A stretch of DNA of 60,515 bases, counting the filler. It is 4 parts of 4 records of this genome, joined end to end, with 100 filler letters (N's around TTAATTAATTAA, not from the genome) between each part and the next. Parts side by side here need not be neighbours in the genome. Positions count along the whole stretch, not along the records: positions 1 to 18,109 come from SRR2962707_4450; 3 more parts are not named here. The stretch is one strand, 5' to 3'. The translations under genes were made by a program, and so were the position numbers. The notes below the pieces were generated by a model that was not told where the DNA came from, searched no databases, and was given only the letters and a program-made list of their open reading frames with translations. Below are positions 1 to 10,688 of this stretch, piece by piece. Positions within the stretch are counted from its first letter, which is position 1, and every line of letters starts with the position of its first letter.

Positions 1-1
1 C

Positions 2-520
2 ACCGGCACGATCAAGGCCAACTTCCCGACGCGCATCTCCTTCCAGGTCACCTCGAAGATCGATTCGCGCACTATTCTGGGTGAACAGGGCGCCGAGCAG
101 CTGCTGGGCATGGGCGATATGCTCTACATGGCAGGCGGCGGCCGGATACAGCGTGTTCACGGTCCCTTTGTCTCGGACAATGAAGTCGAGGACGTCGTCT
201 CGTTTCTCAAGACCCAGGGCGTGCCCGAATACCTTGATTCGATTACCGAGGACGATGAAGAGGCCGAAGGCGGTGGCAGCGGGCCTGCCGGTACCGGCAA
301 CCTGGCCGAGTCAGATGATCCCTACGATCAGGCCGTGGCCATCGTGCTGCGGGATGGCAAGGCGTCGACCTCCTATATCCAGCGCCGGCTTGGAATTGGC
401 TACAACCGCGCCGCATCGCTGATCGAGCGCATGGAAAACGAAGGTGTGATCAGCGCTGCCAATCACGCCGGCAAACGCGAAATCCTGGTGCCGACCGAAG
501 ACGAGATCGAACCGCGCTAG
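2..520 (+). CDS. ftsK: DNA translocase FtsK, C-terminal fragment (5' part outside window)
   Basis: Frame from nt 2 reads [41 protein letters not shown]...; ends in the gamma domain [25 protein letters not shown]. Confidence 0.97.
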   Translation, partial: TGTIKANFPTRISFQVTSKIDSRTILGEQGAEQLLGMGDMLYMAGGGRIQRVHGPFVSDNEVEDVVSFLKTQGVPEYLDSITEDDEEAEGGGSGPAGTGNLAESDDPYDQAVAIVLRDGKASTSYIQRRLGIGYNRAASLIERMENEGVISAANHAGKREILVPTEDEIEPR

Positions 521-599
521 ACCTTTGTCGATGCGCTGGACGTCATACTGGCGCCGCAGTCTTGGGCGACACAGAGGGTGAATGAGAACGGAGATACAG

Positions 600-1280
600 A
601 TGCCGAAGCAGACCACTTCCACGACGATCAATCGGCACGACGCGGCCCGCCGGGCATTGCTTGGCGGAGGCCTTGGCCTCGGCTTGTCGCTGATGGCGGT
701 TGCCGCCGGGCTTGTTGCATTTCCCGGAACTGCCCGCTCGGCCGATACCGCCCAGAAAGTTGCCGATCACTTTGCCTCAGTGAAAAGCATGACCGGCGAG
801 TTCATCCAGTTCGGCCCCAATGGCGAGCAGACTGGCGGAAAGTTCTTCATCGAACGGCCCGGTAAACTGAGGTTCAACTATGAAGCCCCGTCGGCGATCC
901 GGGTGATCTCTGACGGCAAGGCGGTGGTGATCGGTAACCGCAAGCTGCGGACATGGGATCTGTACCCGCTCGACAAGACGCCGCTGAAGCTGCTCTTGTC
1001 TGACCGGATCGACCTTTCGGCCGATACGGTCAAATCGGTAACCGAGGATCCCGATCTGACGACGATTGTGCTGGGCAACAAGTCGATCTTTGGTGATTCG
1101 ACCATCAGCATGATGTTTGATCCGAAGAGCTTCGAGTTGAGGCAATGGACCATCCGCGATGCTCAGGGCAAGGACACGTCCGTCATGGTCTTCAATGTCC
1201 AGACCGGCGTGACATTTGCGAAAAATGTCTTCGACGTGCCTTACAAGGACGTGCACAAGGTGTCGCGCGGCGGCGGTTGA
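600..1280 (+). CDS. lolA: Outer-membrane lipoprotein carrier protein LolA family
   Basis: Signal peptide then GEFIQFGP..GKFFIERPGKLRFNY, ISDG, TPLKLLL motifs; ftsK-lolA-xth order is typical of Rhizobiales; start could be 582. Confidence 0.9.
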   Translation: MPKQTTSTTINRHDAARRALLGGGLGLGLSLMAVAAGLVAFPGTARSADTAQKVADHFASVKSMTGEFIQFGPNGEQTGGKFFIERPGKLRFNYEAPSAIRVISDGKAVVIGNRKLRTWDLYPLDKTPLKLLLSDRIDLSADTVKSVTEDPDLTTIVLGNKSIFGDSTISMMFDPKSFELRQWTIRDAQGKDTSVMVFNVQTGVTFAKNVFDVPYKDVHKVSRGGG

Positions 1281-1418
1281 GTCGGCTGCGTTAGCCTTGT
1301 CTGCGTCGAAAGACTGTGGATGATTGCTGATTTGGATCTGCGCCGCCGGATCGGCTTGCCCTTGGGTGCCTAATCGGCCACATACGGGCAGGCTCTCATC
1401 CTCGGAAGGCAATCTGAT

Positions 1419-2231
1419 TTGGCGTTCTCCCTTACCACCTGGAATATCAATTCCGTGCGGCTGCGGATGCCGCTGGTTCAGCACTTTCTCGAAACCGAAC
1501 AGCCCGATGTGTTGTGTCTGCAGGAGACCAAGTGTCCGAACGACGCGTTTCCGAGCGCCGCGTTTCGCAAGCTGGGGTATGAGCATATCGCGATCCATGG
1601 CCAGAAGGGTTATCACGGCGTTGCCATCATCTCTCGGCTGCCGCTGAGCGATGATCGCCGGCAGACCTATTGCGACATTGATCACACCCGGAACATTTCG
1701 GCGATTGTGGAAGCGCCCGGCTCCAGGCGGATCCGGATTCACAATTTCTACGTTCCGGCGGGTGGCGACGAGCCTGACCGCGAGATCAATCCGAAATTTG
1801 GACACAAGCTCGATTTCGTCGAGGAAATGAAGCTGCTTCACGCCGATGCTGAACAGGCTGAGGGTGTGTCTTCCATCCTCGTCGGGGATCTCAACATTGC
1901 GCCGTTGGAAACAGATGTCTGGTCGCACAAGCAGTTGTTGAAGGTGGTCAGCCACACGCCGGTGGAGACAGAGAGTTTTCTGGCGATGCAGAAGGCGGGC
2001 GCCTGGGTCGACCTGATCCGGACCCATATTCCCCCGGAAGAGAAGATCTTCACCTGGTGGAGCTACCGCGCCAAGGACTGGGAGGCTGCTGATCGTGGCC
2101 GGAGGCTTGACCACGTCTGGTCATCAGCAGATCTGGCGCCAGCGCTCAAACGCATCGATGTGCTGCGCGAAGCACGCGGCTGGGAACGGCCATCCGATCA
2201 TGTCCCGGTGACAGCGCATTTCGACTTCTAA
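1419..2231 (+). CDS. xth: Exodeoxyribonuclease III (AP endonuclease)
   Basis: TWNINSVR, DVLCLQETK, YHGVAI, GDLNIAP, FTWWSYR, RRLDH, PSDHVPV motifs; TTG start. Confidence 0.96.
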   Translation: MAFSLTTWNINSVRLRMPLVQHFLETEQPDVLCLQETKCPNDAFPSAAFRKLGYEHIAIHGQKGYHGVAIISRLPLSDDRRQTYCDIDHTRNISAIVEAPGSRRIRIHNFYVPAGGDEPDREINPKFGHKLDFVEEMKLLHADAEQAEGVSSILVGDLNIAPLETDVWSHKQLLKVVSHTPVETESFLAMQKAGAWVDLIRTHIPPEEKIFTWWSYRAKDWEAADRGRRLDHVWSSADLAPALKRIDVLREARGWERPSDHVPVTAHFDF

Positions 2232-2244
2232 AGCACAACAATAC

Positions 2245-2703
2245 TCAGCTGGCGAAACGTCCGGCTATCTTGCCGAGGCCGGCATTGAGCGCGGCGAGAT
2301 TTTCATCGATGCGCTGACGGACAATACCGGCGATTTCCGGATATTCTTCCAGCATGCGACGAAACAAAGGCCGGCTGATGCGGATCACTTCAGCGGTCTC
2401 GGGCGCAATTGCGGTCAGCGAACGGTTGACCGATGTCACCATCGCCAGTTCGCCGAGCAAGGTGCCGCGTTCGGCGAAACCCAGCTGAACAGCATGGCCA
2501 TCCTTGGCGGACCGGGTCAGCTCGAACCGGCCGCTGGCGACAACAAAAGCGCAATCCGCCGGTGTGCCTTCGCGAAACAGCATCTGGCCGGCCTGCATCC
2601 TTCTGCGTTCGGCGCCGAAGGCTATCAGGCGCAGTTTGTCCTCACCGATGTCGCGAAACAGCGGAACTATGGACAAAAGGGCGATGTCGTCGTTCAGAGC
2701 CAC
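2245..2703 (-). CDS. Stand-alone cyclic nucleotide-binding domain protein
   Basis: LFREGTPAD..FVVASG..GTLLGELAM..R cNMP-binding fold signature; no HTH. Confidence 0.85.
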   Translation of the reverse strand: MALNDDIALLSIVPLFRDIGEDKLRLIAFGAERRRMQAGQMLFREGTPADCAFVVASGRFELTRSAKDGHAVQLGFAERGTLLGELAMVTSVNRSLTAIAPETAEVIRISRPLFRRMLEEYPEIAGIVRQRIDENLAALNAGLGKIAGRFAS

Positions 2704-2764
2704 GGATGTAATCCTTGAAAGCCAGGCTCACGAAGAGCCGGAGTCATGGGTGAAATAAGCCGCA

Positions 2765-3448
2765 TCAGGGGATGATCTTGTAGCCGCCGCTTTCGGTGAC
2801 CAGAATTTCGGCGTTCGAGGGATCCGCCTCGATCTTCTGGCGCAGACGATAAACGTGGGTTTCGAGTGTATGGGTGGTGACGCCCGAATTGTAGCCCCAG
2901 ACTTCTTCGAGCAGCACGTCACGGGTCACGACCTTCTGATCGGCCCGGTAGAGGTAGCGGATGATGGCGGCTTCCTTCTCTGTCAGCCGGATCTTGGCGC
3001 CCTTGTCATCGAGCAGCAATTTCTGGCTCGGCTTGAAGGTGTAGGGGCCGACTGTGAAGGTGGCGTCTTCGCTCTGCTCGTGCTGGCGCAGTTGCGCCCT
3101 TATGCGGGCCAGCAGAACTGCAAAGCGGAACGGCTTGGTGACGTAGTCATTGGCGCCGGCCTCCAGTCCCAGGATGGTGTCGGAATCGGTGTCGTGTCCG
3201 GTGAGCATGATGATCGGCGACTTGAAGCCGCCCTTGCGCAGCAATTTGACCGCTTCCCGGCCATCCATGTCGGGCAGGCCGACATCCATGATCAAAAGGT
3301 CGACATGCTCGTTTCTGGCCGCCTGCACGCCCTTGGTCGCCGAGGATTCCTGGGAAATCGCAAACTCCTCGTAAAGAGAAAGTTGCTCGACCAGGGTTTC
3401 TCTGAGGTCATTGTCGTCATCTACCAGCAGGATCGAACGGGCGGTCAT
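2765..3448 (-). CDS. OmpR-family response regulator
   Basis: ILLVDDD, DLLIMDVGLPDMDG, IIMLT, GANDYVTKPF receiver plus winged-helix LETHVYRLRQKIE; start at MTARS (3448) behind an AGAGGGAAG RBS-like motif. Confidence 0.93.
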   Translation of the reverse strand: MTARSILLVDDDNDLRETLVEQLSLYEEFAISQESSATKGVQAARNEHVDLLIMDVGLPDMDGREAVKLLRKGGFKSPIIMLTGHDTDSDTILGLEAGANDYVTKPFRFAVLLARIRAQLRQHEQSEDATFTVGPYTFKPSQKLLLDDKGAKIRLTEKEAAIIRYLYRADQKVVTRDVLLEEVWGYNSGVTTHTLETHVYRLRQKIEADPSNAEILVTESGGYKIIP

Positions 3449-3608
3449 CGTGGCTTCCCTCTTCATATTTTGACATCGATACCGGTCCGGCAGGGACCCG
3501 TCGATGGTGTCATATGTCATTGTGTCCCTGTTTAGGCACTTTCGGCGCGAGGGCAAAGTGCTAAATATCTCTGCCAAGTCACAGCAGGAGCACTTGATCG
3601 TGAGGTCG

Positions 3609-4157
3609 ATGTTATACAAGCCGTTACTCAAACGGGGCAGAACAGGCACACTATTGGTGCGCGTATCGCCGAGCGACCCGTTGAAGGCGCTGATCAGGTT
3701 CGGCCCTGTAACGTTTCAGGCCGCGCTGGGCCGGGGTGGCGTGACCGCGTTCAAGCGTGAGGGTGATGGTGGCACCCCGCGGGCTGCAATGGCAGTTCTC
3801 TCGGGGTTTCGCAAAGGCGGCATGCTGACGCCGGACCGTTGCGGGCTCCGGCTCCAAAGGGTGGGCAGTAGAGATGGCTGGTGCGATGCGCCGGGCCATG
3901 GCTCATATAACCGGCATGTTCGGCTGCCGTTTCCTGTCAGCCATGAAACGCTGGTTCGCGACGATGTTCTGTATGACTTCGGCTTTGTTCTCGACTGGAA
4001 CATCCGGTCGCGACGGCGCGGTATGGGCAGCGCAATCTTTCTGCATGTGGCCAAACCGGGCTTTCCGCCGACACAGGGCTGCATCGCGCTTCATCGCCGT
4101 GACATGCTGAGGCTGATGCCGTTGCTCAGGCGCGGTACGATTGTGCGCGTCGCGTGA
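3609..4157 (+). CDS. L,D-transpeptidase (YkuD)-family protein
   Basis: ALGRGG..KREGDGGTP N-terminal motif and GSAIFLH..PTQGCIAL catalytic His/Cys motif; start uncertain. Confidence 0.82.
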   Translation: MLYKPLLKRGRTGTLLVRVSPSDPLKALIRFGPVTFQAALGRGGVTAFKREGDGGTPRAAMAVLSGFRKGGMLTPDRCGLRLQRVGSRDGWCDAPGHGSYNRHVRLPFPVSHETLVRDDVLYDFGFVLDWNIRSRRRGMGSAIFLHVAKPGFPPTQGCIALHRRDMLRLMPLLRRGTIVRVA

Positions 4158-4175
4158 TCGGTGATCTCGTCGAGA

Positions 4176-4586
4176 TCAGATCCCGAACCAGCCGATGGTA
4201 GCGCCGATGCCGATCATCACCAGCAACCAGTGCAGGCCGTCAATCAGGGTCAGATCCCAGCCAAAGCCCTGGTAGCGGTTGTTGATCGCCATGGTGGTGA
4301 AAATAATGCCGGCCCAGATGAACAGGCCCGAAATGACACCGTTGAGCAACGTGACCTGTCCGGCACCAAGATGGCCGATGATCCCGGCGGTGACGAAAGC
4401 CAGACCGAGCTCGAGGATGAAAGTCGTAATCATCAGCGGCGCCATGGCCGGTTTCGGCCCGTCCGGGTCCAGCCGTACCGCCTTCATCCAGGGTTTGCTC
4501 AGTGAGCCGTAGTAAATTGCGCCTATGATGAAGGCGACAATGGCGGCAACCAGGATCGCCAGATAGTTCATGCCCGCAAATTGCAT
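4176..4586 (-). CDS. DUF1761-family membrane protein
   Basis: 4 hydrophobic segments; NYLAILVAA..GAIYY..KPWM and LTLIDGLHW pattern. Confidence 0.8.
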   Translation of the reverse strand: MQFAGMNYLAILVAAIVAFIIGAIYYGSLSKPWMKAVRLDPDGPKPAMAPLMITTFILELGLAFVTAGIIGHLGAGQVTLLNGVISGLFIWAGIIFTTMAINNRYQGFGWDLTLIDGLHWLLVMIGIGATIGWFGI

Positions 4587-4661
4587 GTGCCTCTCCTTTA
4601 AAAGCGCAAATATACCATGAACTGCACATTCAACGAGAGCTCAAGAATGTCGTGATTTCAC

Positions 4662-5309
4662 TCACACGGCGAAGCGGAATACCGAGGTTCGCTTGATTTC
4701 GCTGTCTTCCAGCGCGCGGGTGACTGGCACCTGATAGGTGGCCAGCAACTCCATGCCCTCGCGCGGACAATAGGAGCGGCCGGGATCGCCGATCAGGACC
4801 ACGGCGCCTCGTCTGGCCAGATCAAGAAACCATGGAAGGATCAGGGAAGTCATGGCCTGATCGTAAAACACGTCACCGGCCAGCACGACGTCCCAGGCAA
4901 GGTCCGTGCCGACGATCTTTGCCTGGCTGATTTCAAACTCGACATCATTGGCCTGCGCGTTGAGCCGAGCTGCGGTGGCCGACCAGGGATCGATGTCGGC
5001 GGCTGTAACATGCGCGGCACCAGCGTGTTTTGCGGCGATGGCGACAAGCCCGGACCCGGAGGCGAAGTCGAGAACCGATTTGCCTTTGACCAGCTCCGGA
5101 TTGTCGATGATATGCCGCGCCAGTCCCTGACCGCCGGCCCAGGCAAAGGCCCAGAACGGCGGCGGCAGCCCGAGCGCGTCGAGTTCATCTTCGGTCTTGA
5201 GCCACAAATCATGGGCTTCATCGGCCAGATGCAGACGGATTTCGGGCACATGCGGTGGTGAGCCAAGTGCGGTGTTGGCGCGGATGAAGTCTTCCGGGTC
5301 TGTTTTCAT
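4662..5309 (-). CDS. Class I SAM-dependent methyltransferase (lysine/PrmA-like family)
   Basis: PPPFWAFAWAGGQGLAR, VLDFASGSGLVAIAA, LAGDVFYD, IGDPGRSY motifs. Confidence 0.9.
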   Translation of the reverse strand: MKTDPEDFIRANTALGSPPHVPEIRLHLADEAHDLWLKTEDELDALGLPPPFWAFAWAGGQGLARHIIDNPELVKGKSVLDFASGSGLVAIAAKHAGAAHVTAADIDPWSATAARLNAQANDVEFEISQAKIVGTDLAWDVVLAGDVFYDQAMTSLILPWFLDLARRGAVVLIGDPGRSYCPREGMELLATYQVPVTRALEDSEIKRTSVFRFAV

Positions 5310-5353
5310 CAACGTGCCCCGGAAGCAGACATCACGTCGCCCTCACTTGCCGA

Positions 5354-5791
5354 TCACTCGGGCGAGCGTGGCGGATTTTCGAGATTACCCATGCGGCAAA
5401 CCTCGAGATACTCGTCTTCCGTGACGGGCTGGACCGACAGTCGCATCGAGGTGACCAGGCTCATCTGGGAAAGCTTCGGGTTGGCTTTGACATCCTTGAG
5501 TGTCACCGGCTTGGGCATGTCGCACACCGCGCGGATATCGACACATTCCCAGCGCGGATCGTCGATGGTGGTGTCGGGATGAATGAGGTTGCAGACCTCG
5601 GCGATGCCGACAACTTCAAGCCCCTCATTCGAGTGGTAGAAGAAGGCCTTGTCGCCCAACTTCATGGCGCGCATGTTGTTGCGCGCCTGATAGTTACGGA
5701 TGCCGTCCCACTGCTCGCCAACATCGCCCTTGGCTTTCTGCATCTCCCAGGACCATTTGAAGGGCTCGGATTTGAACAACCAGTACGCCAT
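5354..5791 (-). CDS. EVE domain protein
   Basis: YWLFKSEP, WDGIRNYQARNNMRAMKLGD, FFYHS, RLSVQPV. Confidence 0.95.
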   Translation of the reverse strand: MAYWLFKSEPFKWSWEMQKAKGDVGEQWDGIRNYQARNNMRAMKLGDKAFFYHSNEGLEVVGIAEVCNLIHPDTTIDDPRWECVDIRAVCDMPKPVTLKDVKANPKLSQMSLVTSMRLSVQPVTEDEYLEVCRMGNLENPPRSPE

Positions 5792-5793
5792 TC

Positions 5794-6087
5794 TTAGGCC
5801 TCAGGATTCTTGAAGGTCCAGTTGAAGGCGCGAATCTCGACCGAGGCAAAGAGGTCGGCCTTGGCATAGGGATCGCCGGCGGCGAGCGCTTCGGCTTCCT
5901 GCTTGTCGCTGGCTTCCATAATCCACATGCTGCCGATCGGCTTTTCATCATCGCCCAGCAGCGGACCCGCAGTCTTCAGGATGCCCTTGGCTTCGAGGTC
6001 CTTGAGATATTCGACATGGGGCGGCCGAGTGGCCATCCGCACGTCGAGTGAGTCAGGCTTGTCTTTGCACATCAGGACGTAATACAT
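5794..6087 (-). CDS. YciI-family protein
   Basis: CKDKP..RMATRPPHVEYL..AGPLL..GSM..DPYAKADLF. Confidence 0.92.
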   Translation of the reverse strand: MYYVLMCKDKPDSLDVRMATRPPHVEYLKDLEAKGILKTAGPLLGDDEKPIGSMWIMEASDKQEAEALAAGDPYAKADLFASVEIRAFNWTFKNPEA

Positions 6088-6181
6088 GAAGTCTCCATCA
6101 GGTTGGGCAACCAGGGTGCAGGATGCCTGTCAGGTTCGGGCGCATTCTATGCCTTGCCCGGCGAATGGTTTCAATACCGGG

Positions 6182-7282
6182 TCAGGCTTTGGCGCCGCGT
6201 TTGCCATGGCCGATCACGGCCGTTGCGGTCTGATCCAGCGGCCATCGCGACCTCGGCGCCAGATCGAGATCATCAGCGGGCAATCCTGCTGCCAGGCGTT
6301 CGGCACCGGCCCAGGCAATCATGACGGCGTTGTCGGTGCACAGATGCAGCGGTGGCGCGATGAAGCGGAAACCGGCCTTTGCCGTTCGCGTTTCCAGCGT
6401 CGCGCGGATTGCCTTGTTGGCGGCAACTCCGCCGGCCACCACCAGCGCAGGCTTTGATTCAGCTCCGAAACGCTCTCTAAAACGGTCCAGCGCCATCGAG
6501 ATACGGTCATCCAGGCTTGCGGTCACCGATGTCTGGAAAGCGAGGCACAAATCCGCGATGGTTTGTTGTGACAGCGGCGCCTGTTCTTCTGCCATCTGCC
6601 GCACCGCGGTTTTCAGGCCGGAGAAGGAAAAGTCGAGCCGCGGATCCTTTCGCATCGGCACCGGCAGACGGAAGCGTTTTGGCTCGCCTTTCAAGGCCGC
6701 CTGTTCGACGGCGGGGCCGCCCGGATAGCCCAGACCCAGAAGTTTGGCAGTCTTGTCGAAGGCTTCACCCAACGCATCGTCTATTGTGGTGCCCCAGCGT
6801 TCATAATCGTTGACGCCCTTGACCAGAACGATCTGGGTGTGGCCGCCCGAGACCAGCAGCAGCAGATAGGGAAACGCCACATTGTCGGTCAGTCTCGCCG
6901 TCAGGGCGTGGCCTTCGAGATGATTGATGCCGATGAAGGGTTTGCGCGCTGCCATGGCAATGGCCTTGGCGGTCATCAACCCGACCATCAGCCCGCCGAT
7001 CAGGCCTGGCCCGGAGGTTACGGCAACAGCATCAATCTCGGAGAGCTTCACGGCGCTTTCGTCGAGCGCCTGTTTGACCAGACGATCGAGCGTGGTGACA
7101 TGCGAACGGGCGGCAAGTTCGGGCACGACGCCGCCAAAGGCTGCATGCAGATCAAGCTGGCTCAGCACAACATCGGAGAGGATTTCGCCTGATCCGTCCG
7201 GGTGGCGGCGCACCACCGAGGCGGCGGTCTCGTCGCAGCTTGTTTCAATTCCGAGAATGTCCATGCTGCTGATGCCTGTCAC
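6182..7282 (-). CDS. tsaD: tRNA N6-adenosine threonylcarbamoyltransferase TsaD
   Basis: [64 protein letters not shown]; start may be 7264. Confidence 0.97.
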   Translation of the reverse strand: MTGISSMDILGIETSCDETAASVVRRHPDGSGEILSDVVLSQLDLHAAFGGVVPELAARSHVTTLDRLVKQALDESAVKLSEIDAVAVTSGPGLIGGLMVGLMTAKAIAMAARKPFIGINHLEGHALTARLTDNVAFPYLLLLVSGGHTQIVLVKGVNDYERWGTTIDDALGEAFDKTAKLLGLGYPGGPAVEQAALKGEPKRFRLPVPMRKDPRLDFSFSGLKTAVRQMAEEQAPLSQQTIADLCLAFQTSVTASLDDRISMALDRFRERFGAESKPALVVAGGVAANKAIRATLETRTAKAGFRFIAPPLHLCTDNAVMIAWAGAERLAAGLPADDLDLAPRSRWPLDQTATAVIGHGKRGAKA

Positions 7283-7375
7283 GTGTCTTTTACGGGGAGT
7301 TCCGGCCCGAATGTTGCGCTCGGGAGATGATCCCGGTACCTGTCAGTCGGTAACAACGGATCGGATATCTTGCAA

Positions 7376-8299
7376 ATGAAACCTTACCGCATCGGCACCC
7401 GTGGCAGTCCGCTCGCACTGGCGCAGGCGTCTGAAACCCGCGCCCGGCTGATGGCTGCGCATGATTTGCCGGAAGAGGCTTTCGAGATCGTGGTGCTGTC
7501 GACCAAGGGTGACCGGGTGACCGACCGGCCGCTGTCGGAGATCGGCGGCAAGGGGCTGTTTACCGAGGAAATCGAGGAACAGCTGAGCGACGGACGGCTG
7601 GATCTGGCGGTGCATTCGTCCAAGGATATGCCGACGGTGCTGCCTGACGGGCTGGGTCTAGTAGCGTTTCTGGAGCGCGAAGATGTGCGCGACGCCTTTA
7701 TCGGGCGCACCGCGCCGCGGCTTGAGGATTTGCCGTTAGATGCCGTGGTCGGATCGTCGTCGCTGAGGCGTCAGGCGCTGATCCGCCGGTTGCGGCCGGA
7801 CATTTCAGTCATCACCTTCCGTGGCCAGGTGGAAACCCGGCTGCGCAAGCTCGGCGAAGGGCAGGCCGACGCCACGCTGCTGGCGCATGCGGGATTGAAG
7901 CGGCTCGGCAACACAGAGGTGATCACCGAATTGCTCGATCCCGAAAGCTTTCCGCCGGCGCCGGGTCAGGGCGCAATCTGCATCGAAGCCAGGATGAATG
8001 ACGAGCGGACCGCCGAATTGCTGGCGCCTATCAATCATCCCGCCACACAGGCAGCACTTTTGTGCGAACGGGCGTTTCTCGGTGCCCTTGACGGGTCTTG
8101 CCGGACACCGATTGCCGGGCACGCGACAATTGCCGGCAGTCAGCTGTCGTTTTACGGCATGATTCTGACGCCGGACGGAACCGTCTGGTACGACATCCGC
8201 ACCGAAGGTCCGGTTAGTGACGCTTCCGTGTTGGGTGCGGAAGCCGGTGCCGAGGTGCGCGGCCGAGCCGGCAGCAGCTTCTTCGACAGCTGGGCCTGA
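7376..8299 (+). CDS. hemC: Hydroxymethylbilane synthase (porphobilinogen deaminase)
   Basis: [46 protein letters not shown]. Confidence 0.97.
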   Translation: MKPYRIGTRGSPLALAQASETRARLMAAHDLPEEAFEIVVLSTKGDRVTDRPLSEIGGKGLFTEEIEEQLSDGRLDLAVHSSKDMPTVLPDGLGLVAFLEREDVRDAFIGRTAPRLEDLPLDAVVGSSSLRRQALIRRLRPDISVITFRGQVETRLRKLGEGQADATLLAHAGLKRLGNTEVITELLDPESFPPAPGQGAICIEARMNDERTAELLAPINHPATQAALLCERAFLGALDGSCRTPIAGHATIAGSQLSFYGMILTPDGTVWYDIRTEGPVSDASVLGAEAGAEVRGRAGSSFFDSWA

Positions 8300-8309
8300 G
8301 GCCGAGAGG

Positions 8310-9074
8310 GTGCGTGTTCTGGTGACACGGCCGCAACCCGGTGCTGCCCGGACCGCCGCACGGCTCTCACGACTGGGCCACGACGCGGTGCTGATGCCGC
8401 TGTTTGAGGCCGCGGTGACCGCACGCTTTGATGATCTTCCACCTGTTGCGGACATCAGCGGACTGATTGCGACCAGCGCACGCGCATTTGACATGTTCGA
8501 AGACATCGATGTGGCTGCTGCAGGCCTGGCGGATGTCCAGGTGTATGCAGTCGGAGCGGCCACAGCACAGGCGGCGCGCGATGCAGGATTTGAGCAAGTC
8601 CACGAAGCTGGTGGCACCGCCCAGGCCCTTGCTCAGGACCTCACGGGTGATCAGGCCGGGTCTTTGACCAGGTCCCGCGGGCCAAACCGTTGGGGCCAGC
8701 GAACAAGGCTTGTGTATCTCGCAGGGGTACCGCGCACCCCGTTGATTGAAGTAACTTTGAAAGCTCATGAAGCCGACCTGACGGTGGTCGAATGCTACAA
8801 AATGAGCGAAATAAGTTATTCAACTGACATTTTAAAATCAGACATTTTGTCGCCTGGGCTTGATGTGATCCTGCTCTATTCGGCCAACGCAGCGCGGCGT
8901 ATTTGGACGCTGGCTGATGTCAAAAACGTGGGCAATCCTCTCGAGTTTAGCCGCTTTCTCTGCCTTTCAGCGTCGATTGCAGCCGAATTGCCACAGGATT
9001 GGCAGTCCCGCGTGATTGTGGCCGGACGCCCTGACGAGGACAGCCTGCTCGCCTCACTCGCCAAGCTGGATTGA
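8310..9074 (+). CDS. hemD: Uroporphyrinogen-III synthase
   Basis: RVLVTRPQPGA, ATSARA, YAVGAATAQAA, ECY, LYSANAA; directly downstream of hemC; GTG start inferred. Confidence 0.88.
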   Translation: MRVLVTRPQPGAARTAARLSRLGHDAVLMPLFEAAVTARFDDLPPVADISGLIATSARAFDMFEDIDVAAAGLADVQVYAVGAATAQAARDAGFEQVHEAGGTAQALAQDLTGDQAGSLTRSRGPNRWGQRTRLVYLAGVPRTPLIEVTLKAHEADLTVVECYKMSEISYSTDILKSDILSPGLDVILLYSANAARRIWTLADVKNVGNPLEFSRFLCLSASIAAELPQDWQSRVIVAGRPDEDSLLASLAKLD

Positions 9075-9163
9075 TTTACCGGAACAATCACCATGGTTAG
9101 GGCGTATTGCGACATACTGTGCGTGAGATCAGCCACGCCACACCAGATCTAACAGGAGATGCC

Positions 9164-10678
9164 ATGAGCAAGGGCCCCACCCCGCGACACTCCAAATCGC
9201 CCAAACCGGTGACCATTGACCTCGACGCCACGGATGTGACGCCGAAGACCGAGGACCTGAAGGCGAAATCTTCGGCGACCGGACCTTCCGTTGCCAGAAC
9301 ACCCGATCCCGTGAAGCCGGAACAGCCGGCAAAGCCAGGCGAAGGTGCCGACAAGGCGAAGCAGGCAAGTGCAACTGCTGCAGACCCGAAAAGCGCGGCG
9401 TCCGCCAAACCGGCGTCTGACACAAAGCCGGGCTCGGCCGCGACTGATTCCAAAGCTCCGCTGGGAAAGACCCCGGACAGCAACACGTCAGCTCCCAAAG
9501 ACAGCAAAACCGAGAGCGCGCCGCCCAAGGCTGCAGCATCCGGTACAGCGGGTACGGCGAGCGCCAAACCCCAGGCTGCAGCCGGCAAAAAAAGCGGCGG
9601 TGGATTGGGCATGGTCATGTCCGGTGTCATCGGCGCGGTGATCGCGCTGGGTGGCGGCTATGCGCTGCAGGTCGGCGGTGTGCTTCCGGCCCCAGGCGGG
9701 AGTGGTGATCCGGTCGCCCCGGTGGTTTCCCGCGTGGATGCGCTGTCGTCTCAGGTCGAGACACTGTCGCAGCAACTCTCAAGTTCTACCGCGCAAGCCG
9801 GACCGGATGTTCCCGCCGAGCTTGCAGCGCGTCTCGACAGTCTTGAATCCGGGCTTGCCGATGTGGCTGCGCGGTCGGGCGAAGCCGGCAGTGAAACGGT
9901 CATGCTGGCTCCGATCGAGGAACGGATTGCCGGTCTCGAAGCCAAGATCGCCGCATTGGGTGAGGGCAGTTCGGCTGCCGACCCGGCAGTGGCGGCAGAA
10001 GTTGACGCGTTGCGCACCGCTCAGAGCGGGGTGCAGGCTTCGCTAAGCGAACTTCAGTCCGGATCAGAGGCGCTGTCTGACAAGCTTTCCAAGCTTGAAT
10101 CCGAGCAGGCGGCGCTCGCAGAGCAGGTTGATGCGCCCTCGCGGCAGATTGATGTGGCGCGCGCCATTGCCGCCGCCGGTCTCAAGTCTGCGATTGATCG
10201 GGGTGGTTCGTTCATGAGCGAGCTTGAGGCATTTGCCTCGGTTGCGCCGGATGATCCGGCTGTGAGCGAACTCAGGGATCTCGCGGCTCGGGGTGTTCCC
10301 AGCCGGTCCGATCTGGTTGCAGGGTTTTCCGATGCGGCGAGCAAGGCTATTGCCGCGGCTGATCCGGGCGATCCGGAGGCGGGACTGGTCGACAGGCTGA
10401 TGTCGAGTGCGATGTCGGTGGTCAAGGTGCGCAAGGTCGGGGATGTCGAAGGTGACAGCGCAGAGGCCATTACAGCGCGTGCCGAAGCGCGTCTGCTCAA
10501 TGGTGATCTCGATGCTGCGGTGACCGAATGGAATGCGCTTCCTGAAGCATCGCTGGCTGCAACAGCAGACTATGGCGATGCGCTGGCTGCCCGTGCCCGT
10601 GCAGAGAAGCTGATTGCCGCAGCGGTTGCACCATCAGGTGCACCAGCTGCTCCGTCTTCCGAAGCCCCGGCCAACTAG
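9164..10678 (+). CDS. COG4223 / mitofilin-domain inner-membrane protein (alphaMic60-like)
   Basis: PVTIDL N-terminus, long P/A/K/S low-complexity region, one TM helix, coiled coil, C-terminal AIDRGGSF..GV..ARAEARL..GDLDAAVTEW; sits between hemD and hemY. Confidence 0.85.
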   Translation: MSKGPTPRHSKSPKPVTIDLDATDVTPKTEDLKAKSSATGPSVARTPDPVKPEQPAKPGEGADKAKQASATAADPKSAASAKPASDTKPGSAATDSKAPLGKTPDSNTSAPKDSKTESAPPKAAASGTAGTASAKPQAAAGKKSGGGLGMVMSGVIGAVIALGGGYALQVGGVLPAPGGSGDPVAPVVSRVDALSSQVETLSQQLSSSTAQAGPDVPAELAARLDSLESGLADVAARSGEAGSETVMLAPIEERIAGLEAKIAALGEGSSAADPAVAAEVDALRTAQSGVQASLSELQSGSEALSDKLSKLESEQAALAEQVDAPSRQIDVARAIAAAGLKSAIDRGGSFMSELEAFASVAPDDPAVSELRDLAARGVPSRSDLVAGFSDAASKAIAAADPGDPEAGLVDRLMSSAMSVVKVRKVGDVEGDSAEAITARAEARLLNGDLDAAVTEWNALPEASLAATADYGDALAARARAEKLIAAAVAPSGAPAAPSSEAPAN

Positions 10679-10688
10679 GAGATCCGAT

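Noticed and set aside
600-740. Twin-arginine-like RRALL in the LolA signal (also RRAFL in FecR)
   Set aside because: Common in these families; no evidence of Tat export from sequence alone.
777-2114. 445-aa minus-strand ORF (similarly 10977-12239 and 22487-23398)
   Set aside because: Shadows of lolA/xth, hemY and arginase on the opposite strand.
5354-5791. EVE domain + methyltransferase (and TerB at 12601) as an anti-phage module
   Set aside because: Ordinary Rhizobiales housekeeping context; no nuclease or defence-island features.
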